DNA of 64,000 nucleotides from Octopus bimaculoides (lineage: Eukaryota), in assembly GCF_001194135.2 (NCBI RefSeq), contig NC_068981.1, positions 22,585,690 through 22,649,689 of the forward strand, given 5' to 3'. Numbering within the stretch: position 1 is the stretch's first letter; every line of letters starts with the position of its first letter. A program made the translations under genes and the position numbers. Shown here piece by piece: positions 38,007-48,727 of this stretch. The notes under the pieces are model-generated. The model was given only the letters and a program-made list of their open reading frames with translations. It was not told where the DNA came from and did not search any database.

Positions 38007-39279
38007 CAGGGGTTGGACAAAATAATGAAAACACCTTAAAATTTCAAACAAATTTATTTTCATATGGGGTAGGATGGCCTTTGGCAGTAATTACAGCTTG
38101 AATTCTATGAGGTATGGACTCGTACAAAATTTGAATTGTTTCCAAAGAAATTTTTGTCTATTCTTCAGCTAAAACAGTCTCCAGTTCTTGTAGTGATGAT
38201 GGTGGAGGATATTGACTCGTTACTTGTTTTTCTAAAATGCACCATAAATGTTCAATAGTATTGATAGGGAGACTGTGGTGGCCAGATAAGATGTTCAACT
38301 TCACTAGAATATTCCTTGTGCCATTCAGTAACAACTTTAGCTGTTTGAATTGGTGTGTTATCATCCTGAAAGATTGCATTTCCTTCCAGAAACAGTTCTG
38401 CAACCATAGAATGAATTTGATCAGATAAAATTCTTAAATAGTCTTGACTATTAATTTTGCTATGAAGGGAAACCATTGGGCCAGCGGATTTCCAATTTAC
38501 AGACCCCCTAGATCATCACAGATCCTCCTCCATGTTTAACAGTTGGAAGAAGGCAGTCTGGATCAAATGCTTCTTTTGGCTGTCTCCACACGTATACTCA
38601 GCCGGTGGTTGGAAATAAGGTGAAAGATGACTCGTCCTTGAAAATAACATTCTTCCACTGCTCTAGGGAACAATTTGGTAGGTTTTTACTCCACTCTAAA
38701 CACTTTTCAACGTTTGTTTTTGAAAGTAGTGGTTTTCTGATTGCAGCCTTCCCATGAAATCCAGCTTTGTGCAGCTCCCTGCGAACAGTTTTTGTGGAAA
38801 CTGGGTTCTCGAGGTGGTCATTAAGCTCTGCAGTAATTTTGGGAGTTGTACTTTTGTGATCCTTTCTAACAATTTGTGTAAGAGTCCAATGGTCTCTATC
38901 TGAAAGTTTTGGTTTTCTTCTAGAGTTTTGTTTCGATGAGGAGGTTTTTCCTTCTTTCTCAAAGGCTGCCATTACTTTCGAGACAGTACTTCTTGATACA
39001 CCAAATATTTCAGCTGTTTTCATTTCGCTAGTGCCTGCTATATGAGACCAACAATTTGACCTCTTTGAAAGTCTGATAGATCTGTCATTTTAATGAATTT
39101 TAATTACCTTTTGCTGATGATATCTGAAAAGAAACAGCAAATGTTAGCAAAACATATTAAGTAACACTATTAATAAATCAAAAAAACATAAAAATAAACA
39201 AGCTTTTGATGGTTTTATAGATATTTCAAAATCATGATGCTGTGTTGCTAGGTGTTTCCATTATTTTGAACAACCCCTG
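38007..39279 (-). mobile_element. Full-length Tc1-family DNA transposon (1273 bp)
   Basis: 29-bp TIRs CAGGGGTTGGACAAAATAATGAAAACACC (26/29 match) and TA target duplication at both ends. Confidence 0.95.
38059..39088 (-). pseudogene. Tc1 DD34E-type transposase, inactivated
   Basis: MTDLSDFQRGQIVG...GVSRSTVSKVM (HTH), KDESSF, KHGGGSVM, FQDDN, WPPQSP/IEHLW, ...AKGHPTPY. Contains several stops and frameshifts, including at the SPDLN motif. Confidence 0.93.
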
Positions 39280-40804
39280 TATATATGATTGTTATATTTT
39301 CTGATAACATAATAGGTTAGCTAGGATGATGTCTATATTACAATATTACAATAACATGTTGTGCATGTATAGTAATATTACGATCATGAAATTAGCATTA
39401 GCTTATCTCACTCTTTCTTGCGGAACCCTTAGGAACCTTTTGTGGAACCTAAGGTTCTGGGGAACTCTGTTTGAGAAACGCTGCTCTACGCAATACCTTG
39501 GACAAGTGTATACTATGGTAGCCTTAGGTTGTCCAATACCTTATGATTGGAATCTAGTTGAAAGAAGCTATATGAAAACCTGTTGTGTGTGAGGGTGTGC
39601 ATGTGTGTGTGCCTGTGTTTCATGTTTTGCTAATGTATATCTGCAAAAGATAGGAAGATTAAGAAACTGGTCAGATGGGCAATGACTGTATTTACTCAGG
39701 TCATCCTGGGCAATCCTCTGAGCAGTATCCCAGTCAGTCCCCATCTCTGCAAGATACTTCCTTAAAAAGGATAATGGAAAAACCCCCACCACAAAACCCT
39801 CCAAAACTGTAGGCCTAACTTCATGATTGAATGAATGATTATCAGTGGAATGGGTCACAATTCAACAGGAGGAACCAATTATGTTAACAATAAACGAATC
39901 CATCTGATCAATACATGTATTGTACCAGTGATATAATACTTGCATTGTTTATGTGATTTCATCACACTTCCTCTGTACAAGTTTTATAATAATTCCAATA
40001 TAAGAAACATGAGAAAGATAGAACTTCTAACATATATAACTGCTGAACAGTAGCAGTAAACATGATGTTGCTAAATATTAATGAAAACACCAAGGGAGTC
40101 TTTTGATATATGTAAGTTTGTCTGTTTCACTGTCCACTAGGGAAATCTAACTACAGGGAAACATAAACAAATGCATTTCCTAATAACAGTGAGCTGCCTT
40201 CACCACACATACTGTTAAGTTTCTATTATTTAAACATCTGTATCCCTGTAGTAGGGGGAGAAGCATCTGTCTCTATTGTATTCTCTTTTGATAATGGAAA
40301 TAGTTTCTTGGCATTAACACTAATAATAATAATAATTTCATATATTAATATTAAGGCCTTTGAGATGCAGAAACAAGAAAATAGAAAGTGGGGATTTGTT
40401 ATGCTTTTGAGTTTACCCCAGTGTGTTTGAGAAATAAGCAAGGTGGTTCCAAGAGAGAACTAAAAGCAGGCAACAAGTTTAATTCACCTCCAAAATTTTA
40501 CTGTACTACATAGAACCATGAAAATAGGAGCTAATGAAGGAATCCCTACATGGTTGCTCAACCTGTTAGAAATAACAGTTAAGTTACCTCAAATTGCATC
40601 CTGCCATTTAGAAAAGGGATAGACACATTGAAGTGGTCCTAGATATGCAAAACTAAAGAAGGCTAAATGATTTTGGCTGGAATAATCTTTGATCCTAGTT
40701 TTGCTCAGTTGATGGTGACCTGGGGTTAAACAACAACCACCAACATACTATGTCACATAGGGTCATGAAGGCTCTCTCCAACATAACACTGAATCACATG
40801 GGAG

Positions 40805-40980
40805 CAGAGTTGTCTTAAGGTATGGGCACACTGGACAGTTGCCCAATGGCCCCATGGGTTTAGGGACCCAATACTTAACCTATGTATGCTGTGGTCTGTA
40901 GTTTGGTGCCAAGAAATAAATGTAGAGTCCCTAGTGCATTGTTTTGCCTAGAGGCCCATAAGACTGTGGAGACAGTTCTG
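40805..40980. mobile_element. Degenerate MITE (CAGGGCCGTCTTAA-type termini)
   Basis: CAGAGTTGTCTTAA ... GGAGACAGTTCTG imperfect terminal inversion, no clear TSD. Confidence 0.35.
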
Positions 40981-41154
40981 TATAGGGTCACCAATACAAC
41001 TCTGTCATGTAGGAACCCCCATCATTATACTGTACTACATTAGAGCCATTAATACAACCCTCTAGCACAAAGTACCTGCACATATGAATTTGTTTTGGAT
41101 ATTTTTGTATATGGGCTAACTGGTGAGATTCATGGGAGTTATATTCAATTTAGT

Positions 41155-41360
41155 ACCGCCTGACTGGCCATTGTGCTGGTGGCATGTAAAAGCACCCACT
41201 ACACTCTCTGAGTGGTTGGCGTTAGGAAGGGCATCCAGCTGTAGAAACTCTGCCAGATCAGATTGGAGCCTGGTGTAGCCATCTGGTTTCACCAGTCCTC
41301 AGTCAAATCGTCCAACCCATGCTAGCATGGAAAGCGGACGTTAAACGATGATGATGATGA
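41155..41360 (+). mobile_element. Retroposon family A
   Basis: One partial tandem unit, body and (GAT)n tail. Confidence 0.9.
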
Positions 41361-41489
41361 TTAAACATCCATAGATCAATAGCAGTGCAAAAAAGAAAAT
41401 CAAAAATAATTTTTAAAGTGTTAGAGTAGTTAGGGGGGGGGGGATGAGGCAAAATGCTTTATGGAGACAATAGGGGTTGCAGGGTGAGC

Positions 41490-41760
41490 TATGGTGAAAG
41501 TGATAGGTGGAGGAGAGGCAGGTGGTTTGTTATTCTGAGGAATATAGGTCGTTTTTGTTGTGATAGAAGAAACAGAAGGAAGCCACTCTATATTTCTGAG
41601 ACAATAATTGTAATGTGTTAGTAAATGATTCACAGTCAGTTGAATGGATGTGGTCTACGATGTGTCTGTGTGCAACAAGGCAACACTGTCACATACTTGT
41701 GAGCTGTGCTCTGTGTTAGTTTCATATGAGCCTAATAGAAACTCAATGTTTTTACTGCTG
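41490..41760 (-). mobile_element. Degenerate CR1/L2-like LINE ORF2 fragment
   Basis: EHSSQVCDS...IQL...FTNTLQLLSQKYRVASFCFFYHNKNDLYSSE across frames. Confidence 0.45.
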
Positions 41761-42226
41761 GATGTTCTTATATGTTTGTATTTTACAATTCCACTATATT
41801 ACTATATTACATATGTGAGTCCCTACCGTAATTGTGATGTAAGATTGGCTTGATTTATGTTTAATGAACTGTTAAAAAACTAGATTACAAACAGTTAATA
41901 AGGAATGAATTATATATAAATCAGCCATGAGATGCATGGATGAAAAGGATAGACTCAAAAAGAAAGGTCAATTATGATAAGTATCAGAAAAATGTATGAG
42001 TATAAGCGTGAGTTTGTGAGTTATAGTGTTGATTTGGACAGGAGGTAAATGAAGGCTATATGCTGGGCTCATTATATTGTCATGAGCTGGAGGTTGATGA
42101 GTGAAGCTAAATGAGAACCTGTGAGTAGGAGTGAGACATGAGTTAAAAAAGCTTAAATTGATGGTAGACAAAGAAAACCCATTCTTATATCTAAAAAAAA
42201 ATTATAAAACCCAATAGTATATGTAT

Positions 42227-42263
<37 letters not shown>

Positions 42264-42360
42264 AAGCCAAGACAGACTATAGAACCTGGTGTAGCTCCTG
42301 GCCTTGCCAGCTCCTGTCAAACTGTCCAGCCCTTGCCAGCATGGAACGGACAGTTTTGTT

Positions 42361-42416
42361 TAACAAAACTGTCCGATGAACGGGAACGGGAAACTCTGAG
42401 TAACAGCTTTTTGTTA
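42361..42416 (+). ncRNA. Degenerate type-I hammerhead ribozyme motif
   Basis: Stem I CUGU/ACAG (extendable to UAAC-AAAA-CUGU), core CCGAUGA (U4 changed to C), weak stem II, GAAA, palindromic stem III ACUC-U-GAGU, GUA cleavage triplet (42400-42402). Confidence 0.55.
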
Positions 42417-42747
42417 TATTTCTGCTGCTTTTAAATAAAGCATATTACTCTACCTCTGGTATTTGNNNNNNNNNNATATATAGGTAAATGATAGGATTGC
42501 TTCAATATTTCAGGGGTAGTCTGAAGTATCCAAGCAACCAGGGGATATTTAAATCCGGAGGCACTCCTGGAAATTACTTGTGTGGGTACCGTCTTCGTTA
42601 GAAGGTATCCAGAGGCAGGTAATTTATCGTTTAAATTGCAGTTTGTAATTATAATTAAGTGGAGAATGGAGAAACAAACACAAGAAGAAGCAAGTCAATT
42701 GGGCTAGTTAGCCATTGATTTAATTATGTGGAGATTGTATAATGAGT

Positions 42748-42799
42748 CATTTACGAACGTTTCGATGTGCCAAATGGTTTGGTAGATCTCTTCAGAATG
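42748..42799 (-). ncRNA. Type-I hammerhead ribozyme (left arm)
   Basis: Same as the right-arm copy except one G-to-A change in distal stem II; core intact. Confidence 0.8.
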
Positions 42800-43169
42800 T
42801 TGAAGAGTATGTTAGAGTTCATGGTGTGAGAGATGCAGGAGAAACAGTTAGTGGATATAGTAATGCATATGGTGGTATAAGAATAGAGTTAGGTAAAGTT
42901 AGTCTTACATTTTACTAACACCGCCGGTGCTAAAAGTAAAAGACACACGCCTCAATTCTAAAAACAACCACGTGCGTCTGATTAAGATTGGAACTACGAG
43001 CTTAAACAGCACCCACCCTACCTCCACTTCCAGAAAGACTAACACAACTTCATCTAAAATGTAAGACTAACTTTACCTATCTCTATTCTTATACCACCAT
43101 ATGCATTACTATATCCACTAACTGTTTCTCCTGCATCTCTCACACCATGAACTCTAACATACTCCTCAA

Positions 43170-43221
43170 CATTCTGAAGAGATCTGCCAAACCATTTGGC
43201 ACATCGAAACGTTCGTAAATG
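43170..43221 (+). ncRNA. Type-I hammerhead ribozyme (right arm), intact core
   Basis: CAUU-CUGAAGA-GAU(CU)GCCAAA(CCA)UUUGGC(AC)AUC-GAAA-C(GUUC)G-UA^AAUG. Predicted cleavage 43217/43218. Confidence 0.85.
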
Positions 43222-43314
43222 ACTCATTATATAATCTCCACATAATTAAATCAATGGCTAACTAGCCCAATTGACTTGCTTCTTCTTGTGTTTGTTTCTC
43301 CATTCTTCACATAA

Positions 43315-43348
<34 letters not shown>

Positions 43349-43905
43349 ATGGGTAGTTAGGTACAACCTTGACTTTCTGGACATAGATTGTCTGGATACT
43401 CTTAAAATCTGTACTAATTTACACTAATATACAAATACCTGTGTTACATTTAGTCAAGTAAATTTAAAATTTGTTTAATTTAGAGCAGGCTGACAAAGGT
43501 GACCACCCCTAGCTAAGACCAATCAGTAATCTGGAAAAGCTTTGGAACCAAAGGTTTCAGATAAATCAATGTTTTACCAGCATTTGTGTGTGTGTGTAAA
43601 CACAAACACCACCACCCTTACAATCATACACATACATATGAACGTATAACTTGGAGAAAAAGTATCCAGTACATGTTCTAGGAATGCTTTGCAGTATCTG
43701 TTCCAGCTGTGTGTTTTCTACATTCAAATCTTGCTTGGTCACCAAAAAACACAGAGACACATCTGTCAGGAGTTGCCACTGAAAGCCAGTAAGTATTAGT
43801 AATTTGAAAAACTAATGGAAACTTGGTTTCCTCAATTTGATGAGAAGATCAGCTTCAACCACCATGCACACATACACATATACTGTGGGCTTCTACACAG
43901 TTTCC

Positions 43906-44137
43906 TTATTTCTTTATTGCCCACAAGAGGCTAAACATAGAGGAGACAAACAAGGACAGACAAAAGGATTAAGTCGATTACATCGACCCCAGTGTGTAAC
44001 TGGTACTTAATTTATCGACCCTGAAAGGATGAAAGGCAAAGACGACCTTGGCGGAATTTGAACTCAGAACGTGGCGGCAGACGAAATACTGCTAAGCATT
44101 TCGCCCGGCAGGGTAACGTTTCTGCCAGCTCGCTGCC
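43906..44137 (-). mobile_element. SINE family E inserted in a family B copy
   Basis: 15-bp perfect TSD TTCTACACAGTTTCC (43891-43905 / 44138-44152). Confidence 0.93.
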
Positions 44138-44543
44138 TTCTACACAGTTTCCATCTATCAAATTCATTCCTAAGACATTGTTCAGCCTAGAGTTATAGCA
44201 GAGGACATTTGCCCAATGTGCTGCACAGTGGGATTGAGCACAAATCCATTTGGTTGCAAGCCAAATACAATAATTTATTGTTACAGCTCTGCAATTATGT
44301 TTAGATATATAAATTTGATGCTTTAAACTGATACCAATTGTTTGTTTATTCATTCTTTCTTTCTACTGTGTGTGTCTATATATATATGTGTGTGTGTTTA
44401 TATATATATATAATTATTTTAACCCGAGTAAAAGATGCTAATCATTTCTTTGTAACAATTAATATGGTACTATACTATGCTCAAAAGTATTCAATGATCC
44501 TCCAGTGTAAAGTTAAATTTTCTTTATCACTTCACATAAAAAA

Positions 44544-44578
<35 letters not shown>

Positions 44579-44590
44579 ATATATATATAT

Positions 44591-44804
44591 GTGGAGGCGC
44601 AATGGCTCAGTGGTTAGGGCAGCGGACTCGCGGTCGGAGGATCACGGTTTCGATTCCCAGACCGGGCGTTGTGCATGTTTATTTAGCGAAAACACCTAAA
44701 GCTCCACGAGGCTCCAGCAGGGGGTGGTAGCGACCCTTGTTGTACTCTTTCGCCCCAACTTTCTCTTACTCTTTCTTCTTGTTTTTTGAGTAACGCTGCA
44801 ATGG
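44591..44804 (+). mobile_element. SINE family C, young, runs into assembly gap
   Basis: Head GTGGAGGCGCAATGGCTCAGTGGTTAGGGCAGCGGACTCGCGG with CpGs intact. Confidence 0.9.
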
Positions 44805-46394
44805 NNNNNNNNNNNNNNNNNNNNNNNNNNNNNNNNNNNNNNNNNNNNNNNNNNNNNNNNNNNNNNNNNNNNNNNNNNNNNNNNNNNNNNNNNNNNNNNN
44901 NNNNNNNNNNNNNNNNNNNNNNNNNNNNNNNNNNNNNNNNNNNNNNNNNNNNNNNNNNNNNNNNNNNNNNNNNNNNNNNNNNNNNNNNNNNNNNNNNNNN
45001 NNNNNNNNNNNNNNNNNNNNNNNNNNNNNNNNNNNNNNNNNNNNNNNNNNNNNNNNNNNNNNNNNNNNNNNNNNNNNNNNNNNNNNNNNNNNNNNNNNNN
45101 NNNNNNNNNNNNNNNNNNNNNNNNNNNNNNNNNNNNNNNNNNNNNNNNNNNNNNNNNNNNNNNNNNNNNNNNNNNNNNNNNNNNNNNNNNNNNNNNNNNN
45201 NNNNNNNNNNNNNNNNNNNNNNNNNNNNNNNNNNNNNNNNNNNNNNNNNNNNNNNNNNNNNNNNNNNNNNNNNNNNNNNNNNNNNNNNNNNNNNNNNNNN
45301 NNNNNNNNNNNNNNNNNNNNNNNNNNNNNNNNNNNNNNNNNNNNNNNNNNNNNNNNNNNNNNNNNNNNNNNNNNNNNNNNNNNNNNNNNNNNNNNNNNNN
45401 NNNNNNNNNNNNNNNNNNNNNNNNNNNNNNNNNNNNNNNNNNNNNNNNNNNNNNNNNNNNNNNNNNNNNNNNNNNNNNNNNNNNNNNNNNNNNNNNNNNN
45501 NNNNNNNNNNNNNNNNNNNNNNNNNNNNNNNNNNNNNNNNNNNNNNNNNNNNNNNNNNNNNNNNNNNNNNNNNNNNNNNNNNNNNNNNNNNNNNNNNNNN
45601 NNNNNNNNNNNNNNNNNNNNNNNNNNNNNNNNNNNNNNNNNNNNNNNNNNNNNNNNNNNNNNNNNNNNNNNNNTACAACTTCCCAAAAATGTAATTTAAT
45701 TATATATGTTAAAATAGTAGTGGAATTTTAAAATTTTACAGCTTTACTCAAATTTCATGTCATGATGTAAGGACAAAAAATATTCAGTACAAGTTTTAGG
45801 AATGCTTTGCAATATCCGTTCTTGTCTTGCATTCATTTCTTCATTTCTTTCATTTGTTTCTTTCTTCCTCTCTTACATACATACAAGACATACACATCTT
45901 TTATCTTTTGTTTGTTTCCAGCATTGGAATGTGGCCATACTGGAGCACTGCCTTGAAGGGCTTAGTTGAACAAACTGACCTCAATACTTAGGTTTATGTC
46001 TGGTGCTTATTCTATCAGTCATTTTTATTGAACTTCTAGGTTACAAGGATGTAAACAAAACAACACCAGTTGTCAAATGGTGATGGGACACACACTCATG
46101 CACACACATACACATATATATACAATGAGCTTCCATACAGTTTCCACCAAATTCACACCTAAAGCATTGATCATCCCAGAGATATAGCAGGGGACACTTG
46201 CCCAGTATGCCACACAATGGGATTGAACTCGAATCCATTTGGTTTCAAATCAAGCTTCTTAACCACACAGCCATGCCTGCACCTAAGTAATATATTCACA
46301 CACACACATTCATATATACATATATATGTATATATTACATATATATCCATATGTGTATATATACATGTTTGCATATCTGTGTATATATATACTC

Positions 46395-46627
46395 TTTTAT
46401 TCTTTTACTGGTTTCAGTCATTAGACTGTGGCCATGCTGGAACACCACCTTTAGTTGAATGAATCGACCCCAGGACTTATTCTTTGTAAGCCTAGTATTT
46501 ATTCTATTGGTCTCTTTTGCCAAACCGCTAAGTTACAGGGGCATAAACACACCGACATCAGCTGTCAAGCAATGATGGGGTAGCAAACACAGATACACAA
46601 ACACATGTACACACACACAAACACACA

Positions 46628-46672
<45 letters not shown>

Positions 46673-46810
46673 GACGGGCTTCTTTCAGTTCCATCTACCA
46701 GATCCACTCACAAGGCTTTGGTCAGCCTGAGGCTATAGTAGAAGACACTTGCCCAAGGGAGTGAACCTGGAATCATGTGGTTGGAAATATGCTTCTTACC
46801 ACACCCACAT
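46395..46810 (-). mobile_element. SINE family B (second diverged copy adjacent at about 45895-46280)
   Basis: Tail, CA tract and head modules. Confidence 0.88.
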
Positions 46811-46888
46811 ATCCATATATGAATATACATACATGTATGTAGCATATATATATATATATATACAAACATGTATATAAATATACACGTA

Positions 46889-46981
<93 letters not shown>

Positions 46982-47684
46982 GCTTATAAGTCAGAGATAT
47001 TGTATGAATAGTAAAGAACTTGATACCAACAACCATTTAGATCTCACTCAAATTTGGTGTTGGTAAACCACTTTGTGTTACAAGTGAATTCATTGCTTCG
47101 TAACTTAGGTTACAAATCTCCTGGTTCCTAATGACTGTCACCTCACAGTTGTTTATGGCCCACCCAGAATACGCGTAAGATATCACTGCCCGAGGAAATG
47201 GTTAATATCTGTGTGTGAATGTCTTTATTTATATGTGTTCACTCATATGTGTGTGTGTTTGAATGTTTATGTATGTGTTCATACTCATGTATCTTTATGT
47301 ATGTGTATGTCTTTATGCATATGTATGGATATACAACATATATTCATGTATGTGTACATAATTATACATCATTATTCCATGCACATACACACAATGTGCA
47401 ATGAATAAATATTCTATATAATATGTGTGTACATACACACATTGTATTATATATATATATATTAAATTTGTTTACTTTATGACATTATCTGACAGTAACG
47501 GATAACGATTCTGTTTTGATTTGGAAAGAATTTTAAAAGCAATGCCGTTTCATGGTTTGTCTGTCTAAGAAACATGTAACCTCTTTTTTAACCCTGGAAA
47601 ATATTTAAGTTTCTGTCGCATTTAGGACTAAATTCTCTGAATTAATCACAAAGAAATAGTTTCTTCCTGATATATAAATAATGT

Positions 47685-48069
47685 GTGGAGGCGCAATGGC
47701 CCAGTGGTTAGGGCAACAGACTCACAGTCATAGGATCGCGGTTTCGATTCCCAGACCGGGCGTTGTGAGTGTTTATTGAGCAAAAACACCTAAAGCTCCA
47801 CAAGGCTCCGGCAGGGGATGGTGGCGAACCCTGCTGTACTCTTTCACCACAACTTTCTCTCACTCTTACTTCCTGTTTCTGTTGTCCCTGTAATTCAAAG
47901 GGTCAGCCTTGTCACACTGTGTCACACTGAATATCCCCCGAGAACTACGTTAAGGGTACACATGTCTGTGGAGTGCTCAGCCACTTGCACGTTAATTTCA
48001 CGAGCAGGCTGTTCTGTTGGTCGAATCAACTGGAACCCTCGACATCGTAAGCGACAGAGTGCAACAACA
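47685..48069 (+). mobile_element. SINE family C, full length
   Basis: 11-bp TSD ATAAATAATGT (47674-47684 / 48070-48080) and (CAA)n tail. Confidence 0.95.
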
Positions 48070-48226
48070 ATAAATAATGTAGGAAGCGGTCTAGCAATGT
48101 TTTACCAAAAAAGAAAACTATAATCGTCATTGAATATGACTGCACGTGTTTGAACACACACATATATATATATGTGTATACATTATTTACAATAGAGAGA
48201 TAGGCGTCCTCACCTTGTTTGTTGAT

Positions 48227-48273
48227 TCCACAATGTTTCAGCTGATGTACTCTCCAACCTTCATCAGGTGTTC
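48227..48273 (-). ncRNA. Degenerate minimal type-I hammerhead motif
   Basis: CAC-CUGAUGA-A-GGUUG(10 nt)CAGCU-GAAA-CA-UU-GUG. The CA in stem III is plausibly CpG decay of CG (which would give palindrome AACGUU). Confidence 0.55.
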
Positions 48274-48370
48274 TGCTGGAACCCTTTATTTGACTAATGG
48301 GGTACTCTGTTCTCATTCCTAAGGTATTCTTTTTCTACTGATGTTATTTTTTGTTGATATTATTTCCCAA

Positions 48371-48442
48371 GTCCCTGCCTGGGATTGAACTCAGAATCTA
48401 AGGGTTAGTAGCCTGTGCTCTTATCAACTACACTATATGCCC
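48371..48442 (-). ncRNA. tRNA-like Pol III head (72 nt), not a functional tRNA
   Basis: A-box-like TAGTGTAGTTGA, B-box GAGTTCAATCCC with T-arm, unpaired acceptor stem. Confidence 0.6.
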
Positions 48443-48501
48443 GTAGGCAACTATGGAGTGAATTTTGGGGCTTATAAACTTAATATTTTATCTTTCCTAT
48501 A

Positions 48502-48727
48502 AGGTCTTAATGGAATACCATCCTTATGGATCTTAAGGCGACCGTACATGTGTGGTAGCTTACTACAGTAATGTTATACAATAGTTGTCTGTACTTCATT
48601 GGTATGAAGTGATCCTTGTTCTTGTTAAAGATCTGTTACAACTCAGAGTTGGTTCTTTATTCTACTGTAGCTACTATCACTTATGAGACTTGCCAGTTTT
48701 TCAGTATTCAGACTTGTTCATTGCCAC
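48502..48727 (-). pseudogene. Penelope-like reverse transcriptase N-terminal fragment
   Basis: VAMNKSEY/EKLASLISD...KLPHMYGRLKIHKDGIPLRP matches PLE 'VVMDK.DY..K...LL.D' and 'P.LYGLPKIHK.GIPLRP', with stops and a frameshift. Flanked by 43-bp inverted repeats 48456-48498 / 48814-48856 (39/43). Confidence 0.8.

Larger units (their letters stand above)
37955..39483. mobile_element. hAT/Charlie-like MITE interrupted by Tc1
   Basis: Right end GGAACC...TTTGAGAAACGCTG (39470-39483), degenerate left end TATTTGTTTCTCAA (37955), putative 8-bp TSD CTGTATGC / CTCTACGC (6/8). Confidence 0.45.
42659..43310. mobile_element. Penelope-like element remnant: 256-bp inverted pseudo-LTR arms with 140-bp spacer
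   Basis: 42659-42914 equals the reverse complement of 43055-43310 with 5 mismatches and no indels. Each arm carries an HHR. The PLE assignment is inferred from HHR plus inverted-arm architecture. Confidence 0.8.

Noticed and set aside
38598-39023. 141-aa ORF as an active transposase
   Set aside because: It is only the N-terminal piece. The full Tc1 frame has stops and frameshifts, including at the catalytic SPDLN...E region.
47149-47174. LFMAHPEY as a globin B/C helix
   Set aside because: A stop follows at once, the exon phase does not fit the conserved B12.2 intron, and no further globin exon was found.
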